From the human T2T-CHM13v2.0 reference genome, Homo sapiens: 64,000 bases of DNA. A program made the position numbers and the translations under genes. How positions within the stretch are numbered: the stretch's first letter is position 1; the number at the start of each line of letters is the position of its first letter. The stretch lies in NCBI RefSeq assembly GCF_009914755.1, contig NC_060932.1; one strand, given 5' to 3'. The notes beneath the pieces are model-generated. The model had not been told where the DNA came from, did not search any database, and worked only from the letters and a program-made list of their open reading frames with translations. Positions 17,279 to 32,963 of this stretch are shown here, in pieces.

Positions 17279-18887
17279 CTGTAATAAGTAAAACAATGAG
17301 AAAATCCTTAGGCAAGCCAATATCCTGCTAAATACAATACTTTTTTGTTTTATGATAATTAGTTTATGTGATTTATTACATTTGATCACCATGGTTCAAG
17401 TTAAAACAAATTCATTCTTTTTACAAACATTTATAAGTTATTTACTATGTACTGATTTAAACAGCAAAGGTAAAATGATGAAGAAACACAGGCATGGTCT
17501 CTGACTTCAAGGACCTTACAGTCTAGTGGGAGAGATATACATTAAATAAATAATCATCTGAAAAATGTATTACAAATTCAAAATCCCTTTCCTAAAACCT
17601 GTGGGGCCAGGTTTACAAATTCAGAATATAATTCGAACAATCTGGGTCAGCATTCCATAATGAAACTCATTAACATTCTGTAGCAAGTCATAAATAGTCT
17701 TACAAAATGGGTTAAATAAAGACTATTGATAAACTCACATCAATTTAGGTAAGGTTTTGCCACAAATAATTTTGTCACAAATTTATGAAGAAAAAAAAAC
17801 CTTTTGAGCTTTCTAGATTTCAGAATTGAAGATAAGGGACTGTGGAGCTGAATTACAAACAGAGGTAAGGGTATGAAGGAAAGATACAGGGAACTATCTT
17901 ACATATGACAAGAGAGGCTGACTTGGTCCGGAAGGTAAGTGAAGGGCACCCTGAGGAAATGTTCTATTAAGATCTGAAAGATGAGAAAAGAACTAGATGG
18001 GGAAAAAAGATAAAGCATTCCATGATAAGCACATTAAAAAGCTATGAAAAGGAAGGGACACTGGCATAGTCGAGCAATTGATACGAGCCTATGCAATTAA
18101 AGCCTATAGAGTAAAAGCAAAGAATAATGCAAAAGAAGTTAAGTAATGCACAGTGAAGCAAGTATTCAAGGGCTGGATTATGCAAAACATGAATGGCAGA
18201 GGCCAGCTGTTATTCACCAAATCCATTTCTCTTTCCTCCAGGGCACTTAGTCACCTTTCCCAGCCTCCCTTACGGTTAGATATTGCCACTGAGTCTGGCC
18301 TATGGAATGCAGCTATGTCACTTCCAGGTCTGAACTATAAACATCCTTCAAACTGAACAATTTTCTACTTTATCTCTTCTCTCACTGCTGGCTGGCAGAT
18401 GCAGGGGATCCCAGCAGAGGACTCTAAGGTCCAAATGGATGCAAGAGCTCCAAGTGAAAGAACCCTGGATCACGAAATTACCTTATGAAAGGCTGTCCAC
18501 TAAATGCCCACAATGACCTGTTACACAAATGAGAAACATATTTCTATTGTGTTAGACCATTGTGCTTTTTTAGTTTCTTGTTACAGCAATTAGACTGCCC
18601 TGACTAACTTATCAATTTAGAGATTTTAGTATCTATCCTAAGAGCAATAGGAAGCTATTGGAGGTTTTATTTTTTTAACCTTTTAATTATGGGAAATTTC
18701 AAATAAATATAATAAATATATAGCATGTATCATTTCACTTATAAATATTTCATTCTACATTTCTAAAAGATAAACACTTCTTTGAAATTTTATCACACCT
18801 AAAAGAAAAGCCTCAAGTCATTCCTTAATATCATCAAATTCTTGTCAGTGTTCATAATCATTGAGGTTTTAAGAAAAGAGATGACAA

Positions 18888-19381
<494 letters not shown>

Positions 19382-20152
19382 TTAGACTGGACAAAAAATA
19401 AAACCCAGCTTTATGCTATTGACAAGAGATACCTAAAACATAAGAACACAGAGAAATTTAAGGTAAACAGATGGGAAAAGATAGACCAGACAAACCCTAA
19501 TGATAAGAAAACTAGTGTAATATGTTAAGACAAAATGAAAGCAAAAGGCATTCGGGATAAGGCGATCACTACATAACAATAAAATAGAGAAACCATAATG
19601 AAAAAAATATTTCACAAGGAAGATATAAAATATATGAAGCAGAAAATGACAAAATAACAATTTTCTCTAATCCACTGTCACAGTTTCATATTTTAATATA
19701 TTTATTTGAATAATAGATATATCTAACAAAAAATTAGGTTGTTAATGTTTTAAATGGGCAAACAATATGAAGAGATGGTTCACATAAAGAACTATGGTTT
19801 TTAAACTTAGGAAAATGCTCAACTTCATTCGTAATAAGAGAATAGCAAATTAAAACTATACCAATATATTATTTTCTTACTATCAGATTGGCAAATATAC
19901 AAACATTTGATAATCCACTAAACTGGCAAGGCTATGGGAAAATAGACATTCTAGTGTATTTCTGGGAGTGTGTAAATTGACACAACATCCAACAAAGGGC
20001 ATTTTGGCAATATCTATCAAAATTACAAATGTACACATTCTCTGACTCAGCAATACTAAAAATTTACCTTATAGGTATACTTGAAGATATTCAAAATGAT
20101 ACATGAATAAAATACACACTTATGGGAAATAACCTAATTGTACATCTATGGA

Positions 20153-20517
20153 TGATATGGTTTGGCAGTGTCCCCACCCAAATCTCATCTTGCAGCTCCC
20201 ATATTTCCCACGTGTTGTGGGAAGGACCCGGTGGGAGATGATTGAATCATGGGGGCAGGTCTTTCCTGTGCTGTTCTTGTGATAATGAATGGGTCTCACG
20301 AGATCTGATGGTTTTAAAAATGGGAATTGCCCTGCACAAGCTCTCTTTTTGCCTGCCACCATCCATGTAAGATCTGATTTGCTCCTCCTTGCCTTCTGCC
20401 ATTAATGTGAGGCCTCCCCAGCTATGTGGAACTGTGAGTCTAATTAAACTTCTTTTTTTTGTAAATTGCCCAGTCTCAGGTATGCCTTTATCAGCAGCGT
20501 GAAAACAGACTAATATA
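20153..20517 (+). mobile_element. THE1 (B/C-like) MaLR solo LTR inside old L1M remains
   Basis: tgatatggtttggc...ccacccaaatctcatc...aacagactaatata. Confidence 0.88.
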
Positions 20518-20799
20518 GTGGGGGATAAATTATGATATATCTATACACTGGAAGATTATACAGCTGAGGAAGAAAAAGAATGAGGAAACTCTGTAACAAT
20601 ACAGAAAGATCTCAAGATACGCTACTGAGTGAAAAAGGTACAGAAATATAATATGCTATAATTTATTGGGAGGAAAACTGGGCAAGAATATATATCTAGA
20701 GTGGCTTATATATGCATACATATATATCTGGAAGGATACACAAAAAAACTAATAGTGGTGGTTTCTTTTGATGTAGAAGGCTAGAAATTAGGGAGATAA

Positions 20800-20836
20800 G
20801 GGTAGAGTAGGAGGTAGAGTAGGAGGTAGAGTAGGA
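20800..20836. repeat. 12-bp tandem repeat (ggtagagtagga) x3
   Basis: Visible directly. Confidence 0.85.
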
Positions 20837-22086
20837 GGAAGAGTTTTCACCATGTACATTTTATATTTTTAAATAATTGAGTCATGTAAATATATTACCG
20901 ATTCAAAAGTTAAATTAGTCATTTTTGAAATCTATAAAAGAAAAAATGGATTACATAACAAAATCTGGCTAATATGACAGAATTCTACACTAGGCAATTA
21001 AGAGGATATACACGATTTCCATGCACAAAACAAACATTTACAAAAAATGACCACACACTAGACCATACCCCAAGTCTCTATAATTACCAAAGAATCCATA
21101 TCATGTAGTTCTATTTCTGACTACAGAGCATTAGCCAGAGTTCAGTAACAAAAACTAAAATACATTTTAAAACATACTTTTAAATAACTCATGAGACAAA
21201 GAAGAAATCATAATGAAAAAACAAAATATTTAGAACTGAATAATGAAAGACTGTATATCAAAATTATGGGCAGCTTAGAGGAAAATGTATAGTCTTAAAT
21301 ATCCACTTCTTTGAAAAGAAGACTGAAAAATCATTAAGCTAAGTATTAAACTTAAATATTGGAAAAAGAACATTAGAGTAAATACAAGGAAAAAGGAGAA
21401 AAGAAGAGAAATTATTAAAACAGGAAAAAATTTAATAGGGAGGATAAAGTGTTAATTAATATTTTTAATTACCAAAATGGCTATGAAGAAAATCTGAAAA
21501 CATTTCTATGAAGTTTAAATTCTACCCACTAAAAAATAAAAATATATACATATTTTAACTACCATAAATATTATATATTGTTATAATTATATATTGTGCA
21601 TGATTATATTTATTATATTTAGTTATTAGTTATATATTTATATATGACATATAACTAATAAATATAATCATATATAATTTATATGACAAATAACTAATAA
21701 ACTAATAAGCTTCTATTGTACCTAAAGAGAAACATTTATATAAAGAAACATTTCCATAGAAGAGAAACATTTATATAAAATATATTTATGTTTATATAAA
21801 ATCTAAATTCTTCCATCTCAGTCTTATATAGTCTAACTTCTTCAACCTATCTTAATATAATTCATCAAGTAACTTTCAGCTACTAGACATTGATTGCTCA
21901 AGTCCTACTCCTGATCTAGTTCCTTTTTGAATGGTGTCTATTCTGGAGGGTAAATTTTCAGCTTTACTTAAGCAGCACTAGCACTTACATCAAGTACTGA
22001 GAAGTATGGTGACCTATGCTTCTAAGTGCCTCAGAAAATATGACCCCATTATGAATAAATTCTGTACAACATAAACAACAGGATTA

Positions 22087-22494
<408 letters not shown>

Positions 22495-22565
22495 CTAAAT
22501 AAGTTCAATTTTTCACAAGTGATTCAGAAATAAAAAGCTAAAATTCAGAGAATAAGATTCTACTG

Positions 22566-22913
<348 letters not shown>

Positions 22914-23048
22914 CTATGAGCTGAGAAAAAAATAAAACTAACATATGCAAATGGTAAATATTATAAAGTTATTCTTTAAATATTTTCAACTGCTAACAAG
23001 AAATAAATTAACTTTACTACATAGTAACAGAATTAAAATATAACTAAC

Positions 23049-23249
23049 CTGTATGAACTTCTTCTCCTGTACACTCACAGTCAAGCAGATCATGAGTAAC
23101 ACAATCTGAACTTTCATGTAATGTGAACAAATTTTTAAGTTCTTCTACTGAAAACTGAATATGTTCAGATGTCTTGGTGAGGTCGACAACTGCCCCACAA
23201 AGACCTTGCTTACTGATCTGCCTTTGATAGATCTTTTCTTCTATTGTAC
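23049..23249 (-). CDS. RAD54B: RAD54B exon 14 (201 bp)
   Basis: (G)TIEEKIYQRQISKQGL...FSVEELKNLF...THDLLDCEC...VHT(G), including the Rad54-type His/Cys zinc-ligand pattern. AG/GTTAGT boundaries. Confidence 0.95.
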
Positions 23250-23436
23250 CTAAAGAGAAAACATTAATTAGATTTCCTTCAGATCTTTATGTTCATTATT
23301 TTTGTTGGGTATAATGTTTAGTAACATACTAGTTAATAAAATAACAATATATTCCTGACACTGAAGCACAGGCTAACAAAAAATAATTTTAATTATTCAA
23401 AGAGTATACATTTTTGTCACACTGAAGGGTTGTTAC

Positions 23437-23503
23437 CTGTAGTTAGGAGTCTGTAAATATGTACAGGATATTTCTGACCATCTCTCCATACTCTAGACAT
23501 TGC
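23437..23503 (-). CDS. RAD54B: RAD54B exon 13 (67 bp), motif VI
   Basis: AMSRVWRDGQKYPVHIYRLLTT(G). AG/GTAAC boundaries. Confidence 0.95.
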
Positions 23504-23937
23504 CTATAGAAAATAAGTGAGAATTCTGAGAGTACAGTAGAAACTAATGGCCCCTTCCACATATGCAATTTGCAGAAATATGTTTTAAAATTCGGAATTC
23601 TATATTTTACATACAGCTTCAGAAAACAAATCTCAGGTGTGTGAAGCATGCCCTACTTCATAGCTTTTTCTTGGCAGAAAGAAAGGGATGAGTGAACACT
23701 TACTATGGTACTGTAAAATAACTACAAGAGTATCATGCAAGAGTGAGAGAATAGATCTTCATCAATGGGACAGTGAGTATGGACAGCAAGAATGGAAAGA
23801 ACCAAGTGTAGCATGGGCTTGGAGGTTCATTCTCAGTCCAAATAGCTAAAGATTTGCCCCTGAGAACTACCTAGGATACATGTAATCAGCTAAGGCTCTA
23901 GGTGGATCCCTGTGGTTTAAAGATTTATCAATGATAC

Positions 23938-24510
23938 TGTGCATTAAAGTGTTGATGTTCAAACCCTGCACATTTCAAATAAAAATCTGGCCTTCAACCA
24001 ACTTCTAAGAGATCATCTCTAGGCCTTTGGAATGTCCTGCCTGATATGAGTGTCTGTTTACCAGACACTTGGGCCACACCAGATAGTTTATGCTAACAAT
24101 GTTATATGGTGGGGCCTTGGATCATGTAGTTTGATTTCTGGAGGCTAAAGACTGATTAACTAAGGTCAGTCATGCAGGTGTTCCATGACTACAGAACTGA
24201 CCCCAAACAAAATTCTGGACACCAAGACGTGGATGAACTTCCCTGGTGGACAATATTCTATATGCACTGTCACTCACCAATGCCGACAGAATTAAGTGTT
24301 GTCCATAAAACTCCACTGGCAGAGAACAACTGGAAGCTTGTGCCTGGTCTCTCTTGGACTCTGCCCTGGACTCAGTACCTTTTCCTTACCGCTTTGAGTA
24401 TTCTTTACTATAATGTAACATAACTGTGAGTATAGCTGCTTTTCTCAGTTGAGTCCTTCTAGTGAATCATTAAACCTGAGGGTTGTCTTGGGATCCCCCA
24501 ATGCACATAC
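23938..24510 (+). mobile_element. ERVL-type LTR (MER21C/MER77-like)
   Basis: ggaatgtcctgcctgata...ttgggccacaccagatagtttatgctaacaat...gtgaatcattaaacctgagggttgtcttggga. Subfamily uncertain. Confidence 0.65.
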
Positions 24511-25013
24511 CAACTGAGGTGCAAACCTACAGGTAGAAAACTCAAGATACAAAAAGATGGGCTGTACTCTAAAGAAAACCAAAGGCTTCTCAAACATTTT
24601 CCTAAATATGTTACTTTTATACCCTTACTATAGCCTGCATAAACACTAATCATAGCATCTGTAACTTTATTGTCTTCACCTGATGGTCATGAACATCCTA
24701 AAGGCCAACTCTGCAGTAAACTAGAACCTGGAGACATACAGGTTTAGGTCTGAATCCTGGCTCTGCATCTTACAAGCTGTGGGATCTAGAACAAGCTTCT
24801 ATATCTTCATCTGTAAAATGGGACTACTAATATCCATCCTTGTAGGCTTGTTAGGAGGATTAAACAGATGGAAAGCACTTAGGAGAGTGCCTCACGCAAA
24901 ATAAGGGCTCTTTATGCAGTGGATATTATATATCATCATTATCTTTGTATCCTCAATAGGCATTGTATCCTCAGGCATTCAATAATATCTATTTAATGCA
25001 TAAATATTCCTAC

Positions 25014-25275
25014 CTGAATGTCAGTGGCTGGATTCCAATCAATGTCATAGAGAATTAAGTGAGATCCTCCAATGAGGTTAAGTCCTACACCACCAGCTTT
25101 TGAACTTAACAAAAAAATAAAAAAAGAAGAGTGTTGACTGTTAAAGCCATCAACAATCTGCTGCCTTTGAGAGATTGGTGTTTGTCCATCAAGTCTTGTA
25201 TAAGCATATCCATGACGCTTACATACTTCTTGTAAAATGTTCAAGGTTTGTGTATAGTTGGATACCAACACCACC
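25014..25275 (-). CDS. RAD54B: RAD54B exon 12 (262 bp), HELICc motifs IV-V
   Basis: VVLVSNYTQTL...RLDGQT...FLLSSKAGGVGLNLIGGSHLILYDIDWNPATDIQ. AG/GTAGG boundaries. Confidence 0.97.
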
Positions 25276-26700
25276 CTGTCAATCAAAAAGAAAGATTCTT
25301 TAGATAAATTTAAAGGCAGCATTAGATTTTCTTAGTTGAAAGAAAATACCACAATAATATTATCACTGACATTGAGAGAACATGCAACAATGACCTTGTA
25401 CAATTAAAACATAGGTATTCCTGCATATTCCATTTTAAAGTCAATATCTAAACTTCCAGTTTTAAGACAGTGCGGCAAAGACCTTTCTGCCTTCTTCATC
25501 TCTCTGAGGTTCACTCTAAAAACAGCAAGAGAATGAGCAAAATACAAAAATGAACAGAAACTAACTCTGAAGATATTTGAAAACAAAAACCATAGTGAAG
25601 CAGTCACCTGCTTAGGAGTATACATAAGGTGATGCCTACATGCCCAAAGAGGGAGATTCCAGTAAGAAACAAATGAAAGTTCATTTGCACCACAGAATCT
25701 TGCTAAGGTACCTGAGAAGGAAGGAATTTAGACTGGAACTATTACAACATTGGTACGTAGAACCCAGGCCCTGCTCCCATGTGATCAGTTGACTTTTCTT
25801 TCCCAAATAAAGTATTTATTATCTGGAGAAAATAAACCAAAGAAACTTAGACCAGGGAACTGACTGTAGAAGGCAGGAGAGCCAATGTAGTGGCTTATGC
25901 CTGTAGCCCCTGCTACTCAGGAGGCTGAAACAGGAAGATAACTTGAATCCAAGAGTTTCAGTCCAGCCTGGACAATAGAGCAAGGCCCTGTCTTTTAAAA
26001 AAAAAAATGTGTTAATGAAAGTCTAGATACTGAATAAGATCCCTCTACCCTTTTCCTGCCAACTACTAGAATACCAGCAGCCAGGCACCCCATATGCCAG
26101 CCCAAGGAAGATACTACTAAAGGATTCATCTATGGAAAGACTTAAATGATTCCACAGAAAAGATCCACAGATAGGGAGTCCCCAAATTTAAAAGCTAGCT
26201 TGCTGCCTGATTACCCAATGATGATTATTAGTCAACGAGCCCTGCCTATCCATACAGTGTTCAATTAATGTTTTACTGCTTCACTCTTAACTGTGGACAC
26301 CAGGGAACACCAGCTATTTGAAGTGAGCTTCAACATGAAAAGGAAAAATCAAAATAAACAAACCTGAATTAAACAAAGCAATGAAAAAAAACAGAAGAAA
26401 ACTTTCCGAAAATAATTTATGTCCTCAAACAAGAGCTATCTATCCTTCAATGGAAGAGGATGCAATTTTTCAAAAGGAACAATCAAGAATTAGAAAAATA
26501 TCTTAGAAATGTAAAATGATAGACAAAGTTTTAACAGGAGAGCTGGAAGATAATAGTACGAGAGTTTGACAGGAAATACATTAAGAAGAAAAAGTGATGA
26601 CCAATAGGAGAGAAAAAAAAGAATTAGAGAATCAATTCATGAGGTTCAATATCTGACTGACAGGAATTCCAAAGAAAACAAGAAATTGTTTTAAGAGAAA

Positions 26701-27074
<374 letters not shown>

Positions 27075-27476
27075 TTAATGAGGACTCATATTAAGGTATA
27101 TCAAGATTATAACTCAAAGTATGAAGAATGAATAAAAGTTGATCAATTTTTGATGAAGAAAAATAGGTCATATGCAAATGAATCGAAATTTGAAAATCAT
27201 CGGACTTCTCAAAAGCAACTAAAAACTAGAAAACAACATGTAAAGCAATGTCTTCAAAATTCTAGGGGAATACTATTTTGATCTAGAAGTTTATGACAAG
27301 GGAAGTTGTCAGTCAAGTGCTAGTGTAGAATAAAGACAGTTTCAGATGTACAAGAAGTCAAAAAGATTAATCTCCCATCTTTCTTAGGAAACTACTGTGA
27401 GATGTGCTCCAGCAAAATGTGAAATTCAGAAAACAGAAAATCCAACACAGAAGAGGAAAAAAATGAATTTATAAGT

Positions 27477-28173
<697 letters not shown>

Positions 28174-28284
28174 GCCCCAAGATGACAGCTATGTAGCAAG
28201 ATTAGAGATCAGTTCAAATTGTAGCAGGAAGACAGAGGACTCACAGAGGAAAGACAAAGAAAATACAGAGGCACCTAGAGACCA

Positions 28285-28610
28285 CAGTGGTACCCCATTA
28301 TCTGCAGATCTGCTTTCCACTGTTTCAGTTACCTGCGGTCAACCTCGGTTCAAAAATATTACACACAGTAAGGTATTTTGAGAAAGAAAGAGAGAATGCA
28401 CATTCACATAACTTTCACTACAGTATACTGTTATGATTGTTCTATTATTAGTTATTGTTGTTAATCTCTTACTGTGCCTAATTTATAACTTTATCACTGG
28501 TATGAATATACATGAAAAAACAAAATCCATATAGGGCTTGGTAGTATCTGTGGTTTCAGGCATCCATTCCTGGTCTTGGAAGGTATTCCCAAGGATAAGA
28601 TGGGGATTCC
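28285..28610 (+). mobile_element. MER44 (Tigger7-related) non-autonomous DNA transposon
   Basis: tttcagttacctgcggtcaacc...ggtttcaggcatcca...ggataag. Confidence 0.7.
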
Positions 28611-28614
28611 CATA

Positions 28615-29535
28615 AGATAGCCAAAAAGCACATTAAAAGGTGCTCGATATCACTAATCATTAGAGAAATGCAAATCAAAACTACAATGATATCCCACCTC
28701 CCACCCACTAGGATGACTATTATCAAAAAAATAGAAAGTAACAAAGTTGGTAAGGAGATAGAGCAATTTGAACCCTGTGCACTGTTGGTGGAAATGAAAA
28801 TGGTGCAGTCCTCTATGAAAAACAGTATGGCAGTACTTCAAAATATTAAAAATAGAATTACCATATGATGCAACAATTCCACTTCTGGATTTATATCCAA
28901 AAGAATTTAATGGGTGCAGCAAACCAACATGGCACATGTATACATATGTAACAAACCTGCACATTGTGCACATGTACCCTAGAACTTAGAATATAATAAA
29001 AATATATCTATAAATTAAAAAAAAAGAATTCAAAGCAGGGTTTTGAAAAGTTATTTGCACACCCATGTTCACAGCAACATTATTCACAAGAGCCAAAAAG
29101 TAGAGACAACCCAAGTGTTCATCAATAGATGAATGGATAAACAAAATGTGGTATATACATACAATGGAATATTGTTTAGCCTTAAAAAGGAAGGAAATTC
29201 TGACACATGCTACAACATGGATAAACCTGGAGGACATTATGTTAAGTGAAATTGGTCAGTAACATAAAGAAAGAAAAACTATATGATTCCATTTATATGA
29301 GGTATCTGGAATAGTCAGAGTCAGAGAGTAGAAGGGTAGTCCAGGTGTTAAGGGAGGGGAAAATAAGGAGTTGGTGTTTAATAGATATAGTATTTCAGTT
29401 TTGTTTGCAAGATGCAAAGAGTTCTGAACATTGGTTGCACCAGGATGTGAATGTACTTAACACTACAGAATTATACATAAAAAAATGGTTAAAATGGTAG
29501 CTCTATGTTATGTCTATATTACCACAATTTTTTTT
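28615..29535 (+). mobile_element. L1MB-type 3' end containing a tiny L1PA insert
   Basis: gaaatgcaaatcaaaactacaatg (ORF2 C-terminus) plus 3'UTR. Confidence 0.8.
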
Positions 29536-29677
29536 TAAAGAAAAGGCGATCTCTTCAGATAATGTGAAGCAAAAGAACAAAGACCCAGCCTGTGCCACTT
29601 ATGAAAGTGTAGCTTCTCCTTCAATGCAACATGGCAGGGTTTAGGTTTCTTAAGGACCCACAAGGAGTCAAATGACC

Positions 29678-29950
<273 letters not shown>

Positions 29951-31813
29951 AAGAGAAAAGACCACCCCAACTTCAATCCCCAAATATTACTTTTATTTTT
30001 CTTAATCATTATATTTTTCTTCATTCCTTTCTTCCTTCTTGCCACAAGAGGGAAACTTTCCCCTATGACATCTTCAAAGATAAATTCTCACATCTATATT
30101 CAAACTGTATCTCTTCTCATTTCTTCCAAAACTCTTTTCACTCATTATCCTTTGTCCAATGACAGCCACCTATCCCGCCCACCCTTCAGAGAAAAAAGTC
30201 CAGTTAAAAAAAAAAAGATAATAAGATATGAATAGAAGCTAAAGTGAAAGTTTGCACTCTTAAACTGGGTCACAATCTGCATATGTACATCTCACATGCC
30301 CTTTTGCACATATCAAATATTATCTAATAAAACATGTGAGAAGAGCTCCATTAGAGGTAGGTACAGGATGCTATGGAGTACAGAGGAGGGGAGTCTAACT
30401 CAATCTGAGATAGGAGAAAGCATGAGAGCTGAGTCTTGTTGTTGTTGTTGTTGTTGTTTTGTAGAAAAGGGGTCTCACTCTATCACCTAGGCTGGCCTCC
30501 AATGCCTGGCCTCGAGCAATCCTCCCACCTTGGTCTCCCAGAGTGCTGGGATTATAGGTATAAACAATTGCACTTGGTCTGTTGAGCTGAGGCTTAACAA
30601 AGAGAAAAAGTTGGCCAGAAGAATGAGAAGCAGAGGTAAGCCAGCCACAGAAACCTGCAACATGTAAGAGCAGAGCAGAAGTGGGGCAAATTACAGGCTC
30701 TGCAGGTGGTTTGGTATGACTGGACCACATGGTATGTGTGAAGGAGTGATGAGAGATGAGGCTGGAAAAGGAGGCATTAACCATGTCATGAAGAGTCCTG
30801 CCTAATGTGCTAAAGAATTTAGAAATTTCTGGAAGACAAGTGGGAGTCTTCAAATGATTTTTTAAGAAAAGGAGTGACAAGTTCATATTTATATTTTAGA
30901 AATATAATTCAGGGCAATGTTGAGTATGTCAGGGGGCTGAAAGTAAGAGGGAAGTAGCTTATAAGAGATCATCATAACCCAAATCAGTAATTTTAAGAAT
31001 CAAAACAAAAATCTTGGTACCAGAAAAATGAGGATGGATTCTTGAAATTAAAAAATAAAATCAATAGAATTTAGTGACTGACACTTGGGATAAATAAAGA
31101 AGAAAAGTGAGTCTATAATAATTTCCAGGGTTTTTGCTTGCATTATGGTACCAAGGAATAATGGGACAAGATGAGGCTTACAATAACAAAATGATGGTTT
31201 TGTCACATGGTTTTGGACCTGGGAAGTTTGAAGTACTATAGGACATCAAGATAGATTTAGATGTCCATTCAACACTTAAAAATAAAGATGTAGAAATTAG
31301 AAGAGAGGACTGAACTAGAGATATAAATTTGTTTCAATATTATATGTGTTTGGTATCCAAGAAGATATAAAATATATATAGTCATCACACACACACACTG
31401 GACCACATGGTATGGTTGTGTGTGTGTGTGTGTGTGCAATAGTTGAAAGTACAGGGAGTATAGCACTCAGGAAGTGTGTTAAGAGTGAGAAAGTTAAAGA
31501 GAAAATCCTAAGGTGTATCAGTATTTAAGAAACAGTAAAAGAAGAAAGGATTCTGAAGAAAATTGAGAAACAAGCATTATATATCAGAAAATATCACTAG
31601 GTTTTTAAAAGTATACATATGTTTAGTTTTTCTTAAAACTTACAGATACATTGTTAATTACAAGTTTATGAAATACTAGAAGCTAACCATATTCCCAAAG
31701 AAGAAAATAACTTATTTTTAATGTTTTCTTATTTTAAAAGGGAAGTAGGAAGTAAAGAAATAGTGCAAACTAAAACTCTATGAGCACTTATAAGTTTGTT
31801 AAATCGATCTTAC

Positions 31814-31989
31814 TTTTCAGTAGGTCGAAGTTCGTGGATAACCGCTAAGAGCTTGGACAACACCTGTAGTTTTCCTGACTCCTTTTCAGTAAACAGGAGA
31901 GGGTTGTAGTCAGCAGGAAACACACTTAGCAAGCCTTTGTATAGACTCTTTTCTTCATTTTTATCACAAGTTGAGCTACATTCCTTTTC
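31814..31989 (-). CDS. RAD54B: RAD54B exon 11 (176 bp)
   Basis: EKECSSTCDKNEEKSLYKGLLSVFPADYNPLLFTEKESGKLQVLSKLLAVIHELRPTE(K), with the SGK motif. AG/GTAAG boundaries. Confidence 0.95.
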
Positions 31990-32963
31990 CTATTCAAAAT
32001 GATGATTGTTAATGCTGGCTCAAGTTTGTTTTTTTAATTAGGAGGGGAAAATGCTAAAATTATGGAAGGAAAAAGGTGAAGATTAACGGCTATCTGAAAA
32101 GTCCAAGAAACTGTTAGGTAAATCTTTATAGGTCATGATTTGATCATTTTTTAAAAAAGTAACATGCCTTCTACTGAGTTAGTTACAGAGCAGTTCTAAC
32201 GCAGTCTCATGCCTGCTACTTTCACCCTGCAAGTGTAGTATTAATATTTCCCACATGTAACTACAGGAAGTAGGAGCAGACAAAGAAAGGAGAGAGAAAT
32301 AAAGGGCAAATGGTGATACAAAATCCATCCTCTCCAAAACCCTAACATTTTGCATCTTTGATACATCTTTTTCTCTTTTCCTCTCTCCTTCCCTCCCTGT
32401 TAGTATTCTCTACTGAACTGTGGGCTTCATACAACACCTTTACATCCAAAAACAAGCACTATCGTTTACTTAATCTTACCAGTTTCTTCTGTAAGAAGGA
32501 AGAATTTCACCAATAAATTAACAGAGAAATTTATTCTTACTTACAACAATACTTTTTATTTCACCAATAGTTGTAGAATAAATTTATTCCAAGGTGATTA
32601 TCAGCACCTCTGAAATTCCCCCTCCAAAACTGCCTAGCTGATATGTGAACATATAACTAGAGATCAGAGATATTCATGACTACATCACTTTTTGGGTTAA
32701 ATTCCTAGGATTGGCAGGTCTCTTAACTCTCTCCCATATTTACCAGATTTATCACTGTTTTTGAAACTTTGTTCAACCTAAACCCCTTGTCTGGAATACT
32801 TTTTTATTTTGCTGCTCAATTATCCCAATCCTATAAACACTTGAGGACCCAGTGCAAATTATACCTGATTATTCATAGCCTTTGTTTGCACTGAGTTTTA
32901 ACCTTTATGGTTACACAGTACATTTCAGGTTTGACTTTATCTAATTGAGCAGTTAATGATATG

